Shown piece by piece: positions 26,468-42,095 of a stretch of 64,000 bases of DNA (position 1 is its first letter; each line of letters begins with the position of its first letter). The position numbers and the translations under genes were made by a program. Source of the DNA: the human T2T-CHM13v2.0 reference genome, Homo sapiens; assembly GCF_009914755.1 (NCBI RefSeq), contig NC_060935.1. One strand, 5' to 3'. The notes below the pieces were generated by a model. It was not told the DNA's origin, searched no databases, and worked only from the letters and a program-made list of their open reading frames with translations.

Positions 26468-27940
26468 CAAGACAATTCTAAGCAAAAAGAACAAAGCTGG
26501 AGGCATCATGCTACCTGACTTCAAACTATACTACAAGTCTACAGTAACCAAAACAGCATGGTACTGGTACCAAAAGAGACATATAGACCAATGAAGCAGA
26601 ACAGAGACCTCAGAAATAACACCACACATCTACAACCATCTGATCTTCAAAAAACCTGACAAAAATAAGCAACGGGGAAAGGATCTCCTGTTCAGTAAAT
26701 GGTGCTGGGAAAACTGGTTAGCCATATGCAGAAAACTGAAACTGGACCCCTTCCTTATACCTTATGCAAAAATTAACTCAAGATGGATTAAACACTTACA
26801 TGTAAAACCTAAAACCATAAAAACCCTAGAAGAAAACCTAGGCAATACCATTCAGGACATAGGCATGGGCAAAGACTTCATGACAAAAACGCCAAAAGCA
26901 ATTGCAACAAAAGCCAAAATTGACAAATGGGATCTAATTAAATTGAGCTTCTGCACAGCAAAAGAAACTATCATCTGATCATCAGAGTGAATAGGCAACC
27001 TACAGAATAGGATAAAATTTTTGCAATCTACTCATCTGACAAAGGTCAGAACTTACAAGGAACTTCAACATATTTACAAGACAAAAACATATTTACAAGA
27101 AAAAAAGCCCATCAAAAAGTGGGCAAAGGATATGAACAGACACGTATCAAAAGAAGACATTTACATGGCCAACAAATGTGAAAAAAGGCTCAACGTCACT
27201 GATCATCAGAGAAATGCAAATCAAAACCACAATGAGATACCATCTCATGCCAGTTAGAATGATTATTAAAAAGTCAGGAAACAATAGATGCTGGTGAGGT
27301 TGTGGAGAAATAGGAACGCTTTTACACTGTTGGTGGGAATGTAAATTAGTTCCACTATTATGGAAGACAGTATGGTGATCCCTCAAGGACCTAGAATCAG
27401 AAATACCATTTGACCCAGCAATCCCATTACTGGATATATACCCAAAGGAATATAAATCATTCTGCTATAAAGACACATGCATACATACATTTATTGCAGC
27501 ACTATTTACAATAGCAAAGACATGGAACCAACCCAAATGCCCATCAATTATAGACTGGATAAAGAAAATGTGGCACATATACACCATGGAATACTATGCA
27601 GCCATAAAAGGAATGAGATCATGTTCTTTGCAGAGACTTAGATGAAGCTGGAAGCCATCATCCTCAGCAAACTAACACAGCAACAGAAAACCAAACACCA
27701 CATGTTCTCACTCATAAGTGGGAGTTGAACATTGAGAACACATGGACATAGAGAGGGGAACAACACATACCATGGCCTGTTATGGGGGTCAGGGGTGAGG
27801 GGAGGGAACTTAGAGGATGGGTCAATAGGTGGAGCAAACCACCATGGCACATGTATACCCATGTAACCTGCACGTTCTGCACATGTATCCTGCTTATTTT
27901 TTTTAGAAGAAATAAAGCCCCCCCCGCCACCAAAAAAAAA
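26468..27940 (+). mobile_element. L1PA (PA8-like), 5'-truncated
   Basis: ORF2 3' part and 3'UTR (gggaacttagaggatgggtcaatagg); TSD aaaatatgggcattctt / agaatatggtattctt. Confidence 0.92.
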
Positions 27941-28027
27941 AGAATATGGTATTCTTAGAAGGATTCTTTAGGTAGTTTGAACAGTTTGTGATACACAGAT
28001 TTTTTTAAAAAGATTCTACTGGGTATC

Positions 28028-28337
28028 TGATATGGTGGAGATAATTGAATCATGGGGGCAGTTTCTCCCATACTGTTCTCGTGGTAGTGAATAAGTCTCA
28101 TGAGATCTGATGGTTTTATAAATGGGAGTTCCCCTGCACAAGCTTTCTTGCCTACTGCCATGTAAGATGTGACTTTGCTCCTCCTTTGCCTTCCACCATA
28201 TTGTGAGGCCTCCCCAGCTATGTAGAACTGTGAGTCAATTAAATCTCTTTCTTTTATAAATTACCCAGTCCAAGGTGTGTCTTTATTAGCAGTGTGAGAA
28301 CAGATGAATGCAGTAAACTGGTACCAGGAGTGGGGTT
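28028..28337 (+). mobile_element. THE1 (THE1C-like) MaLR LTR with 5' internal deletion, plus about 25 nt of THE1-int
   Basis: tgatatgg joined to tggagataattgaatcatggggg; ttacccagtc...gatgaatgca; then gtaaactggtaccagg. Confidence 0.88.
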
Positions 28338-28358
28338 CTAAACCATGTGGACATATGT

Positions 28359-28766
28359 CCGTTGGATCTGCTGGGTCATATGGCCCAAGTGCAGAGCAGC
28401 TTGCACAAGCTAGCTGCACAAGAGAGCTAGCCTGGACCTGTTGCAGAGCCTTCTCCTGTTCTGGGCCCCACTCAAAACCAGCAGCCATTTGGGTCACTCA
28501 ATAAATGGGCTGGAGTAAAACACCCAAATGAGGAATGTGTTGCCTCCAAAATCCAAATAGGCCTACTTGGCATTGTGCCTCTTTCTTGGTTGTAGGAGGG
28601 GCCAAATGTAGCAACTTATCCTTCACCTTAGAAGGAAGATCTTGACTGGCACCATGCCACTGGACCCCTAGAAATTTTACTGAGGTAGAAGTTCCCTGAA
28701 TTTTAGTTAAACTTATTTCCCATCCTCTGGCATGCAAATGTCTCACCAATAAGTCCAGTGTGTTTG
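28359..28766 (-). mobile_element. HERV-L pol fragment (RT C-terminus/connection region)
   Basis: Translations RHLHARGWEI..KIQG..TSVKFLGVQW..PSKVKDKLLHLAPPTTKKEAQ..GLFGFWRQHIPHLG and FEWGPEQEKALQQVQ..LGPYDPADP. Confidence 0.9.
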
Positions 28767-29602
28767 AAAGCCACCATTATAGGTATAAAGCAGCTTGTAT
28801 AATCAGTGATGATCATTGATGAATTGTCCATGTATTCTTTTGAATTTGGAAAGATAGAATGATGTTGGCTCACAATGTAAAATGTAGCTTGATCATTTTA
28901 TTTCCTAGAAATGATAAAAAGCTGTGCCATTTCTGGAAATTAGAAAAATAAAAGATTAATCATAAAAGTTCAGGATTTTTGTATTTCAGCCTGTTCTCAT
29001 AAGCACAGAATGATGTGTGCCCTTTCCTATTAGATTTTCCAAGGGTGTTTCTGATTTGCAAAGTAAGAAGAATTGCCTTGTATCTAGCTAATTAACTTGG
29101 AGTACTAATGCCTGAGTATTAGTGTCTTGACTTGCTCTAATTAAGTTCAGCAAGTTCAAAGGCACCTGAAGAGGCATGGAATGGACATTTGCTTTATAGA
29201 AAGACAGTAAAACCAAAAATGAGAAAGCAAGTGGGGCTATAATTGAGACTCTGACATCAGTTCTTTTTTGGTAGTTTTTCATAGATGTCACCATAGTTAC
29301 AGTCTCTGTAAATCACACATGTATTATAGTAGGGAAAATGAAGAGACTTGTTGCAAGTGAAGTAACCTAAATTTTTACAATTCTGTTGCTTTTAAAAAAC
29401 ATTTTGCTCCTACATATTTTATGGTTTTTCTATAAAAAAGATCATAGGACTGATATGCTAAATGTCTAGTGGCCAAATATAATGTTTATTGAAGATTTAC
29501 CATGTGCCAGGCTCAGTCCTGAGTATTATCTAATTTAATTCCAAAGTAACCCTGAAGTAGTATATTTAGTAGTCTAGGCCTTCCAGAGAAACAGAACCAA
29601 TA

Positions 29603-29735
<133 letters not shown>

Positions 29736-29765
29736 TAAAATATTAGATATAGTACATACATATTA

Positions 29766-30088
29766 CAGTTGGTCATCAACTTCCATGGGTTCCACATTTG
29801 TGGATTCAACCAACTTCAGAGCTAAAATATCTAAAAAAAAAAAAAAAGTACAACAAAAAATGATACAAATAATAAACTAATAAGGTAGAACAACTATTTA
29901 CATAGTATTATATTGTATTAAGTACTATAAGCGATCTGGAGATGATTTAAAGTATACGGGAAGATGTAATTGCATAGCTTATAAGCAAATGCTATGCCAC
30001 TTTATATCTCAGGGACATGAGCATCTGGGGATTTTGGTACCTGCAGGGATCCTGGAACTGATCCCCCATAGATACTGAGGGAAGACCA
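29766..30088 (-). mobile_element. MER2 inside MLT2
   Basis: cagttgg...ggattcaaccaac...ctggaactgatcccccatagatactgaggg; TA on both sides. Confidence 0.85.
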
Positions 30089-31319
30089 TAAAACGTAATA
30101 TGCATAATACATATTATATACATAGCATATAATAAGGAACTGGCTCACGCAATTATGGAGATGAGAAGCCCAAGATCAGCAATTGGCAAGCTGCAGACCC
30201 AGGAGAGCCAATGGTATAATTTCCAGTCCAAGCCCAACTCTGAAGGCAAGAGACTACTGTCCCAGCTTGAAGGCAGTCAGAGAGAAAGAAGTCTTTCTTA
30301 GCCTTTTATTCTATTCAGACCCTCAATAGATTGGATGAGGCCAGCCCCTGCTGGGGGAGGGCAGTCTGCTTTATTTGGTCAAATGTTAATCTTATCCAGA
30401 AATGCCCGCACAGACACACTCAGGAAGAATATTTTACCAAATATCTGGGCACCCTGTGGCCCAGTCAGTTTGACACATACAATTAACTATTGCAGGTAGG
30501 TATTGTTTTTATTACTTTGTAGAAAGGAGGAAATGGAGGCATAGAATGGTTTAACAACTTGTTCAAGGTCACATGCTGGTAATGGTGGAGGCTGAACCCA
30601 AGCAAGCGCAGTCTGGCTCTTCAATTCCTCACTCTTAGTTGGTTCAGAAAATTACCTTTCAGATGAGAAAACTGAGATGATGGAGGAAGGGCAGGAAAGG
30701 GGAGAAGTGAAGGAGTCCAGTACTGGGCTAAGGACATTCAACTTGTTGGAGGCAGAGCTGGGATTTGAACCCAGGTCTTCTGACACCAGCCCTAGACCCC
30801 CAGGAGTCCTTCAGCACCAACGTGGGGTGTTCTCTGTATAATGGACATTGTGTTTGTGAAAGGAAAAAGGTTAACTTTTAGTTATACACCTGAATTATTT
30901 ACTTAAGTACTCTATGCGGTAGTTATAGCTGTCTCATCTTGTCAGCATTATAATTTGTATTTGTAATATTCCAGCCCTTAAATATTCTCAGATGAGTTGG
31001 CCTGCTGGGATGAGTATGTTAATTATTTTAATAATGCTACCTTCCATTTCTAAATCATTTCAAACTTTTTAGAGTACTCTCATATGTACACATTATTTTA
31101 AAATGAATTAGCTTGACAAAGTGGCTTTACTCTGGGGTTGTAGCCTTTCGTGGTTGTGAATGGAAAAAAGGGCTTTTACTTCCTCTGAGCCAGGATTAAA
31201 AAAGAAAAAAATGAGTTATGAGAAGATGCTGGAAGAAACAGAAGTGTTTATTCAAGCAGCCTATCACTGAGAGGCAGCTCTGATGAAGATCGAAGAGCCC
31301 TGGACCGGGAGGTGTCATC

Positions 31320-31525
31320 GCAGAAACTGGGCATTGAAGCCAGACAGTTCTGAGTTTGAATCTTGGCTCTGCCACTTTTGAGACACATTGTGTTATCTTT
31401 CTGAACATTTATTCATTTTTAAAATGGGAATTACACTTTGTACCTTACAGGATGGTTGTGAGGATGAGAAATGTTTGTCCAGTGCATGGAATGTATATAG
31501 CAAGCCCTTGATAAATAGCAGCTGT
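31320..31525 (+). mobile_element. MIR
   Basis: gagtttgaatcttggctctgccact...taaaatgggaat...ggttgtgaggat. Confidence 0.75.
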
Positions 31526-32792
31526 TACAAATTCCCCCACCTCCTATTGGTGGGGCCTCCCTTTACTAGCCTGCACTGCATGTTCTAAAGACCTTTGCCC
31601 TGGCTGCTCTTTCCTACCCAGCTTGTGCATTTATAGTGACCTGACCTGACTATTTACTAGGATTCTTGTCCCCTCCAGTGGGTCAGTTGGGAAGTCAACC
31701 TGCAGCTCCAGGCTAGATGTGGATGGAGAAGCACCTGTTCCTCAGCCTGTCAATGGCCCAGACCAGATAAGGGGACCGCTTTCCTGGTTCCTGGTTTGCA
31801 TTCTGGATTCTTTCTCTGAATCTGGTCTGCCTGGTTGTCCCACTACCACCTGCCTACGCCTCTCCAGCCCTGTCCAGACCACTCTCCCCTGAGCCATTCA
31901 CATCCCTGTTTTTCCCAACCGTTGGTGTCAAAATGAGCAATTGTTTTTTCCTTTCTTAATTTTCTTTTGGATGAAGAGTTGTTTCACATGGATCATTTTA
32001 GAAGGAGCTATACTACTTCAAGAGAGATAGTAGACTTGGTTAATTGCATCAAATTCCTGGTCATTTCTTGGGGGAGAATTGGTTAAACTGGTGGTTTACT
32101 GACTCCATTGGCTGGTAGCCTAACTAAATTAATTGACCCATTTAATCAAAACAAGCCAAGCTGGTGACCAGTTTAGACACATACTTGATGTCCCACTCTT
32201 GGCTTTTACCCTCGTTTCTCCTTATTTTGTGCCTAGAGTATAATAGCAAAACTTGTTAGAACCCAGGTCTTGTCTTTGCTTTTGCTGGAACTGCCTCGAA
32301 AGAATCTGGCAGCTTTGGGGTATGGAAGCCAAAATTGGAGAGATGTCAGCTGTGCCCGTGGTGACAGGTGGAGGGTTGCTGCTTTCAGCAGGGGCCCTGA
32401 ATACTGGGCCAGTGGTCATGCTGGCCAGCAATCCCCGGCCAAGGAGAGCAAGGATGCAGGCAGCACGTGGGCCTTCCATGCCAACGAAGAGGCAGTTCAT
32501 TAAAGAGGAACCTGTGACGTCAATTATTTGACTCCTTGTCACTCTTTGGAATTGCTGTCATTTAAACTTTTTGACTAGATTCAGTTCCAAAGATCAAGGT
32601 ATACGAGTCTCCACTGTTAGAAGTCTTGGAAGACTTCTTGTGGGATGAGAAGTGTTCTTCCTCTATTGACTTTTCCCCCTTTCTGCTTCTCTGTGATCAG
32701 ACTGCAGGGATTTGAAGGTTTTTTTTTTTTTTTTTTTAAGGTGTAACCCTGGGACTCTCAAGCTTAGAATCTTTGTCAGCCAAGTAAACTGA

Positions 32793-33082
<290 letters not shown>

Positions 33083-33125
33083 TAAATTGAAATTTTTAAT
33101 TGTGAAATGACCTTCTTTAACTATG

Positions 33126-33630
<505 letters not shown>

Positions 33631-33785
33631 TATCTATAATAGTTTTGACCTCAAAACTTATCTGATGTTAAAACAGCCACATAGCTTTACTTTGGTTGGT
33701 ATTTTCCGGGTATGTCTTTCCTCATCCTTTTACTTCCAACTTTTTGATATTTTTATAAATAAAAGGACAAACATCATATAGCTAG

Positions 33786-34301
<516 letters not shown>

Positions 34302-34789
34302 TATTTTGTTTCTTTATTAACTTAAACACTCTGTTTCTATTCTTTTAGTAGTTAACCTAGAAGCTTAAACATGTGTATTAATTTAACAAGGTCTAAAGTT
34401 AATTAATATCTTTTCCCTCATTTTATACAATATATGTAATTAGAATCCAAGTTTTCTAAGCCTGGCTTAACATGACATTATTATCCATACTTTTCTACAT
34501 TGATTTCTTAAAAATTCACTAATCAGTCATTGTTTTCAACCTTTACACAATGAACATTAAATTAGATTTATCCACATTTATAGTTTTCCTTGCTTACATA
34601 TTCCTTCGGGCATCTCAGACCTTCTTTTCTGAGCATATCCCTTAAAAATTCCTTTAGTGAGGGCATGCTAGTTATAAGCTCCATCCATTTTTGGATAGTG
34701 GATCCATTTTGCATAAATGTTTTAATATCACCCTTGTCCTGATAGATACTTTTACTGGATGTATTATTCTAGGTTGACAGTTCTTTTCT

Positions 34790-36439
<1,650 letters not shown>

Positions 36440-37046
36440 TCACTCTGACTGCTTTTATACTCTTCTTGATTTTGCTTTCTTCAGTTTCACTAAATGTTGA
36501 AAATTTTAATGTCTAGATACTGATTTTATTTATTCTGCTTGGCATTTATCATGCTTCTTTAATCTGAGAATTCATGCCTTAATACTTAAAAATTGTTAGT
36601 CCTTATTTGTTTGAATATTGCCTCTATCCAATTTCCATATTTTTTTCCTTCTGGAAATCTGGCTAGACGTGTGTTAAACTTCACTCTGTCCCCCATATCA
36701 CTGACTCCATATCACTTCTTTCATGTATTTTAACTTTTGTCTCTCTGTGCTGCACTCTGGGTAATTTCTTTAGGTCCATCTTATGGTCCATAAATTATGT
36801 CCTTGGCTATGTCTGATATATGCTACTTATCTGTTTTCTGTTTTCATTATTATATTTTATATTTCAGAAATTCTTTGTAGCTTTTCAAAATGATTTGCTT
36901 AATTTGCTTAATTATCTTTTCCATAATTTGTGTAATCCTGTTTTATTTCTTTATGCATATTAAACTTATTTTATATTCTATATCTGATCATTGTAATATT
37001 TCCAGTTTTCTGATGACTTTCATTTAGAGTGATTCGTTTACTCTTA

Positions 37047-37171
37047 TTTTTTAAAGAGACAGGGTCTTGTTATGTTGCCCAGGCTAGTCTTGAACTCCTG
37101 GGCTGAAGGGACCCTCCTGCCTTGGCCTCCCACAGTGGTGCGATTACAGGCATGAGCCACCATGCTTGGCC
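37047..37171 (-). mobile_element. FLAM_C (free left Alu monomer)
   Basis: agagacagggtcttgttatgttgcccaggct...gagccaccatgcttggcc; TSD-like flanks. Confidence 0.82.
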
Positions 37172-39469
37172 CATTTGCTCTTCTTTTTAGTGATTTTTTT
37201 TTTTTGTTATAAACCTATTTCCTTAAAACTTTATCTGTGGGGATTGTTAGAGCCCTGTGTTTAAAGTGACTTTCTCCAGAGAGGACACATTTGAATTTAT
37301 TCCAGCCATGGCACAGTGCCCACCAAGGGGTGGTTTAATCACATCTTTAGCTCAAGTTGTTATCATTCTTCCAACTCACACTACTAGTGTGAATCTGGTC
37401 CTAAACCCAAATGAATGGGGCTTTTGGTTAGAGATTTTCAGGGAGACTTTTTCAAAGTACTTGATTTTTTTTGGTGCCCCAAATAGATTTTAACTCACTA
37501 ATAGCCAGATAGTTTTCTCCTTTTTGGTGCCATGAGCCCCTTTGGCAGTCTGGCGAAGCTCTTGGGTCCTTCTCAGAATGAAAGTTGTATTTATGGAATT
37601 GAAAAAAAAAACAAATATATTGAAATACAGCTTTATTCACAGACCCTTGAAGAGGCACCCAGAATATTAACCTGTGTGACACATTTAAATTACATCTCTA
37701 ATCTTGATGGAGAAAAAGTGGTTTATGATAGGACTCATTTCCTCAATTTCTTAAATGAGGAAATGGAGCTGGCACCAGTGAGCTCTACAAAGGCTCTACT
37801 GCAGTCTTCTCATCTGTATTTGAAAAGTATCTCTGCCATGATAACCACATGTTACCTTGGAAAGGAATCTCCTGAGTTTTTAGTTTTGTACCCATAGGGT
37901 TTCCAGTAAAATATTAAATTAGACAAGATCTGCACTACCTGGGTTATTGAACTTATATGTGAATGATGATCTCAGAAAACAAAAAGAAGGGAAAATAAAT
38001 GGGATCAGTTTTTCTTTCAAAGCTATGATTTATTTCTTTATTAAACTGTCACAATAGAATGAAATATTATTTATTCATTGTTCTTTTCGGTAGCTATGGG
38101 AACATTGAACTGCTTCAAATCACTGGAAACAATCCAATTGAACATCCTTAGAAGACTGATTAATTATGTTATATCTATATAATAAAATCCTATGCAGCTA
38201 TATTAAAAAGAATAGAGATAGATATGCTCTTATAGAATGAACTCTAAGATATGTCATTAAGTGGAAAAGGAAAAGTGTACATTGTGTGTTTTCACTTGTA
38301 AAAATCTGTCCATTCATAAAGCATGTGATATTTCTGGAAAGAGGCACTGGTAATTGGTGTCAGCGATTGCTTCTGGAAAGAAACTTGAGATCTGGGGGAA
38401 GATGGGAGGAGAGACTTACTTTTCATTGTGTGTCTATTTGCATTGTTTGAATGTTTTGCCATGTGGATGTATTAGCTCTAATTAATTCATTAAAGATGAA
38501 CTGTCCTTGCTTTTAGCAGCTATTGAAATGAAATGAAAGCATATAAAGAATATGTACTAATTAAGCCTGTCAAGTTATATATTTCGCTAACGAATACACT
38601 ACTCTGCAAAAAAGAGAGAAATTCTCAACAACTAGGGCTGCTCCAAATAAGACCAACCAGTATTTGAGTTCAGGGATGAAGACGGGTGGCCCCCGGTTCA
38701 GGTGTTCCTTATTGGAGGGTCTTCCTGCAGTTGCTGTCTTCCTTACACCACATATCCACTGCTTTATAGCTCTCTGTACTCTCTTCTGCTCCTCTCCTTG
38801 GTCTTAAACTTCTGGAGGCATGTTCCTCACACACTACCTGGCACAGAGCAGGTCTACAGTAAATGGAGGAAGAATGAGTCACTCTTGAGCCTGCCAGGAG
38901 TGAAGTCCAGGGATGCAGAAATAGTAGGAGGCCCCATGTTTTCCCACAATGGAGAGCGCAGCACAGTTAGGCCCCCAGGTCCCAGTGGCTCTCAGTTGGA
39001 TGAGGGACCAAGGGCAGGGCCATGGTGAGGAAGCGAAACCAAGAAGGACTGAGTCTGATGAGGGCACCATTCTTTGATATCCCTAATTTATCCCAAACCT
39101 CTGTTGTGGGGGTGGCTGCTGGGAGAGGAGACAAAGCCAGCAGAACAGTGGGAGTAGTAGGTGGGAGAGAATCAGAGAGAAGTTGGATAACAGCAGTTGT
39201 TCAGTGGAATTTCACAGTGCCTTTCAAGAATGAAATTCAATTTATATTTAGAATTTGACTTGAATCCAGAAGAAACAGACAAGCTGGCTAATATCAAGAC
39301 ACTGTATGAAATAATTTGTGTCGGTTATTGAAAGGATTTGTAATCAAGTGTGAAAGGGATGTCTGGTCATGATCATTCATTCACATATTTTTGGGGCATT
39401 GTGTCCCACGAGGTGTATAGAGATGAATTAGGTCCTCTCTGTCTCCAAGTAGCTTATTGAAAAATAATT

Positions 39470-39700
39470 TTGCATAATGGCTAAGAATGATATGTTGGAC
39501 TCAAATTCTTGGGTCCAAAGTCTGGCTCTGTTACTTGCGGTGTGACCTTGAGCAAGTTATTGAATCTCTTTGTGCTTCAGTTCCCTCATTGTCAGCGTGG
39601 GGACAGTAGTGCCTGTTTCATAGGACTGAATAAGATAACAGATGTAAAGTGCTTAGGGAAGTGTCTGGCATAAACAGGACTCAATGAATGTCAGTTTTTA
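39470..39700 (+). mobile_element. MIR
   Basis: tgtgaccttgagcaagttattgaatctctttgtgcttcagttccctcatt. Confidence 0.78.
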
Positions 39701-39710
39701 AAAAACATTC

Positions 39711-39862
39711 AGCCCTTCTGCCATGTGGGGACACAACAGGAAGACAGCCATCTATGAGCCAGGAAGTGGGCCCTCATAGACACTGAATCTGTTGGTGCTT
39801 TGATCTTGGACTTCCTGGCCTGTGGAACTGTGAGAAGTAAATTTCTGTAGTTCATAAGCCAA
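39711..39862 (+). mobile_element. MLT1A-like MaLR LTR fragment
   Basis: ccatctatgagccaggaagtgggccctca...ttgatcttggacttcc...gaactgtgagaagtaaatttctg. Confidence 0.75.
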
Positions 39863-39898
39863 AAAATTCTTTTTCATTGATTCACTGTACATTTTTGA

Positions 39899-40303
<405 letters not shown>

Positions 40304-40322
40304 TAAAGAACTCTGTGGTTGG

Positions 40323-40879
40323 TGTATTAGTTATTTCTTCCTTTGTAACAAATTACCCAACACTTAGTGGCTTGAAATTGAAATTACGAGGGACATTTCT
40401 TACCTCTCACAGTTTCTGCAGGTCAGGAATTCAGGATCAGCTTGGCCACGTAGTTCTGCTCAGGGTCTGTCATGAGTTTACATCCCAAATGTTGGCTAGG
40501 ACTGCAGACATCTAAAGGCTTGACTGGTGCTAGAGGATACTTTTTTTTTTTAAATTTAAGTTTTAGAGGATACATGTCTAAGATGGCTCACTCATATGAC
40601 TGGAACATTGCTTCTTTTCCACATGGGCGTCTTCATGGTGCTGCCCTAGTGTCCTGAAATGTGGTAGCTGGCTTTCCTTTTGAGCAAGTGATCCAAGTGA
40701 TCACGCCAAAAATTGCAATGCCTTTTATGGCTTAGCCTCAGAAGCCAGACACCATCACTTCTGCTATATTTCACTGGTCTTGCAGCTCAGCCCTCTTTCA
40801 ATAGGGAAGGGACTCTACACAAGCATTGGTACCAGGAAGTGAGTGTCCTTGAGGACTATTTTGGAGGCTGTCTATCACA
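40323..40879 (-). mobile_element. MLT1F-like MaLR solo LTR
   Basis: tgtattagtt...aacaaattaccc...cttagtggcttgaaa...aagatggctcactca...ctatcaca; 5-bp TSD gttgg/gttga. Confidence 0.8.
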
Positions 40880-41327
40880 GTTGAGGAAGAAGACATATAA
40901 TCGTACAAAAAGTGCCATGATGGAGATTTACCACAGGGATCTTCTTGTGGCAGCACAGTCTTGTCAAGAAAGGAGAAAGTGAAGCTTGAGGTCAGTCTTA
41001 AAGGAAAAGATATTCAGCCTGGACAAAGGAGAGTGTTCAGGGCAGAAGGAACTGTGCAGGTGGAAAGTCACAGAGTTGAGAATGAACATAGCACACCCTG
41101 AACGCTTGAAGTACATCTCTTGGCCTAAAGCAAGGGGGTCTGGTAGGGCAGGGGCAAGAAGATAAGTAAGATGATGATGTGAGTAATGACCTACCTATAT
41201 GAGAATGATGCAATGATGGTTTAGACAGGTTGTGACAGCTGCACTTACACTCATAAATGAATGAAAACTATTTCATACTCCTTAAGGATTTACTCTCTAA
41301 AAAACCTTTGTAATATTTAAGATGTCT

Positions 41328-41518
41328 CCACATCCATCCATCCATCCACCCACCCACCCACCCACCCATCTACCTACCTACCCATCCATCCTTCCACTCA
41401 CCCATCTATCCACCCATGCGTGCATGCATGCATCCATCCATCCATCCCACCTATCTAGTCAGTTTTTATTCATTGTATACATGCACATGAACTTGCACAC
41501 ACACACACACACACACAC
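41328..41518. repeat. (CATC/CACC)n and (CA)n simple repeats
   Basis: Direct reading. Confidence 0.88.
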
Positions 41519-41529
41519 AAAATTTTAGC

Positions 41530-41730
41530 ATTCTTTGCATTACTTTTCTTCATAGCATTAATTACTACCTGGCATTATGTTGTATTTTATGTTAATTGCC
41601 TGTGTCTTTCTCTAGATATAAACTCTAAGACATCAGAGACTTTGTGTTTATGTCATTTTACCCTTAGTACCTAGACTAATGCTTGGCACATGTTAGGAGC
41701 TCAATAAATCTGTAGTTGAATAAATGCAAG
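41530..41730 (+). mobile_element. L2 3' end
   Basis: ctagatataaactc...gtacctagactaatgcttggcaca...gagctcaataaatctgtagttgaataaatg. Confidence 0.72.
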
Positions 41731-41930
41731 AGTGAAGTGAGGTGGTAGAAGTATGCAGAAGATGCTGCGAGAACTTGAGGAAAGAGTGAGCATTCCAGAC
41801 AGAGGAGTTCTCATGAGCAAAGGAGTGGAGACAGAGAAGAGCATGGCCTTGCCTCGCCATGTAGTGTGGGAAACCAGAAGTATAATTGCAAGACAAAAGC
41901 ATCTTCTAGCAGTTGCTTTCATTCAATAAC

Positions 41931-42095
41931 TTATTTTTTTTAATTATTATTTTTAAAAAATTTTAAGTTTTACTTTAAATTCCGGGATACATGTGCAGAA
42001 CATGCAGGTTTATGTGGGTATACATGTGCCATGGTGATTTGCTGCACCTATTAACCCGTCATCTAGGTTTTAAGCCCCACATGCATTAGGTATTT
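41931..42095 (-). mobile_element. L1PA (PA7-10-like) 3' terminal fragment
   Basis: gggatacatgtgcagaacatgcaggttt...ctaggttttaagccccacatgcattaggtattt. Confidence 0.85.

Noticed and set aside
32222-32542. Overlapping 77-106 aa ORFs in unique DNA
   Set aside because: No recognisable homology or convincing exon boundaries.
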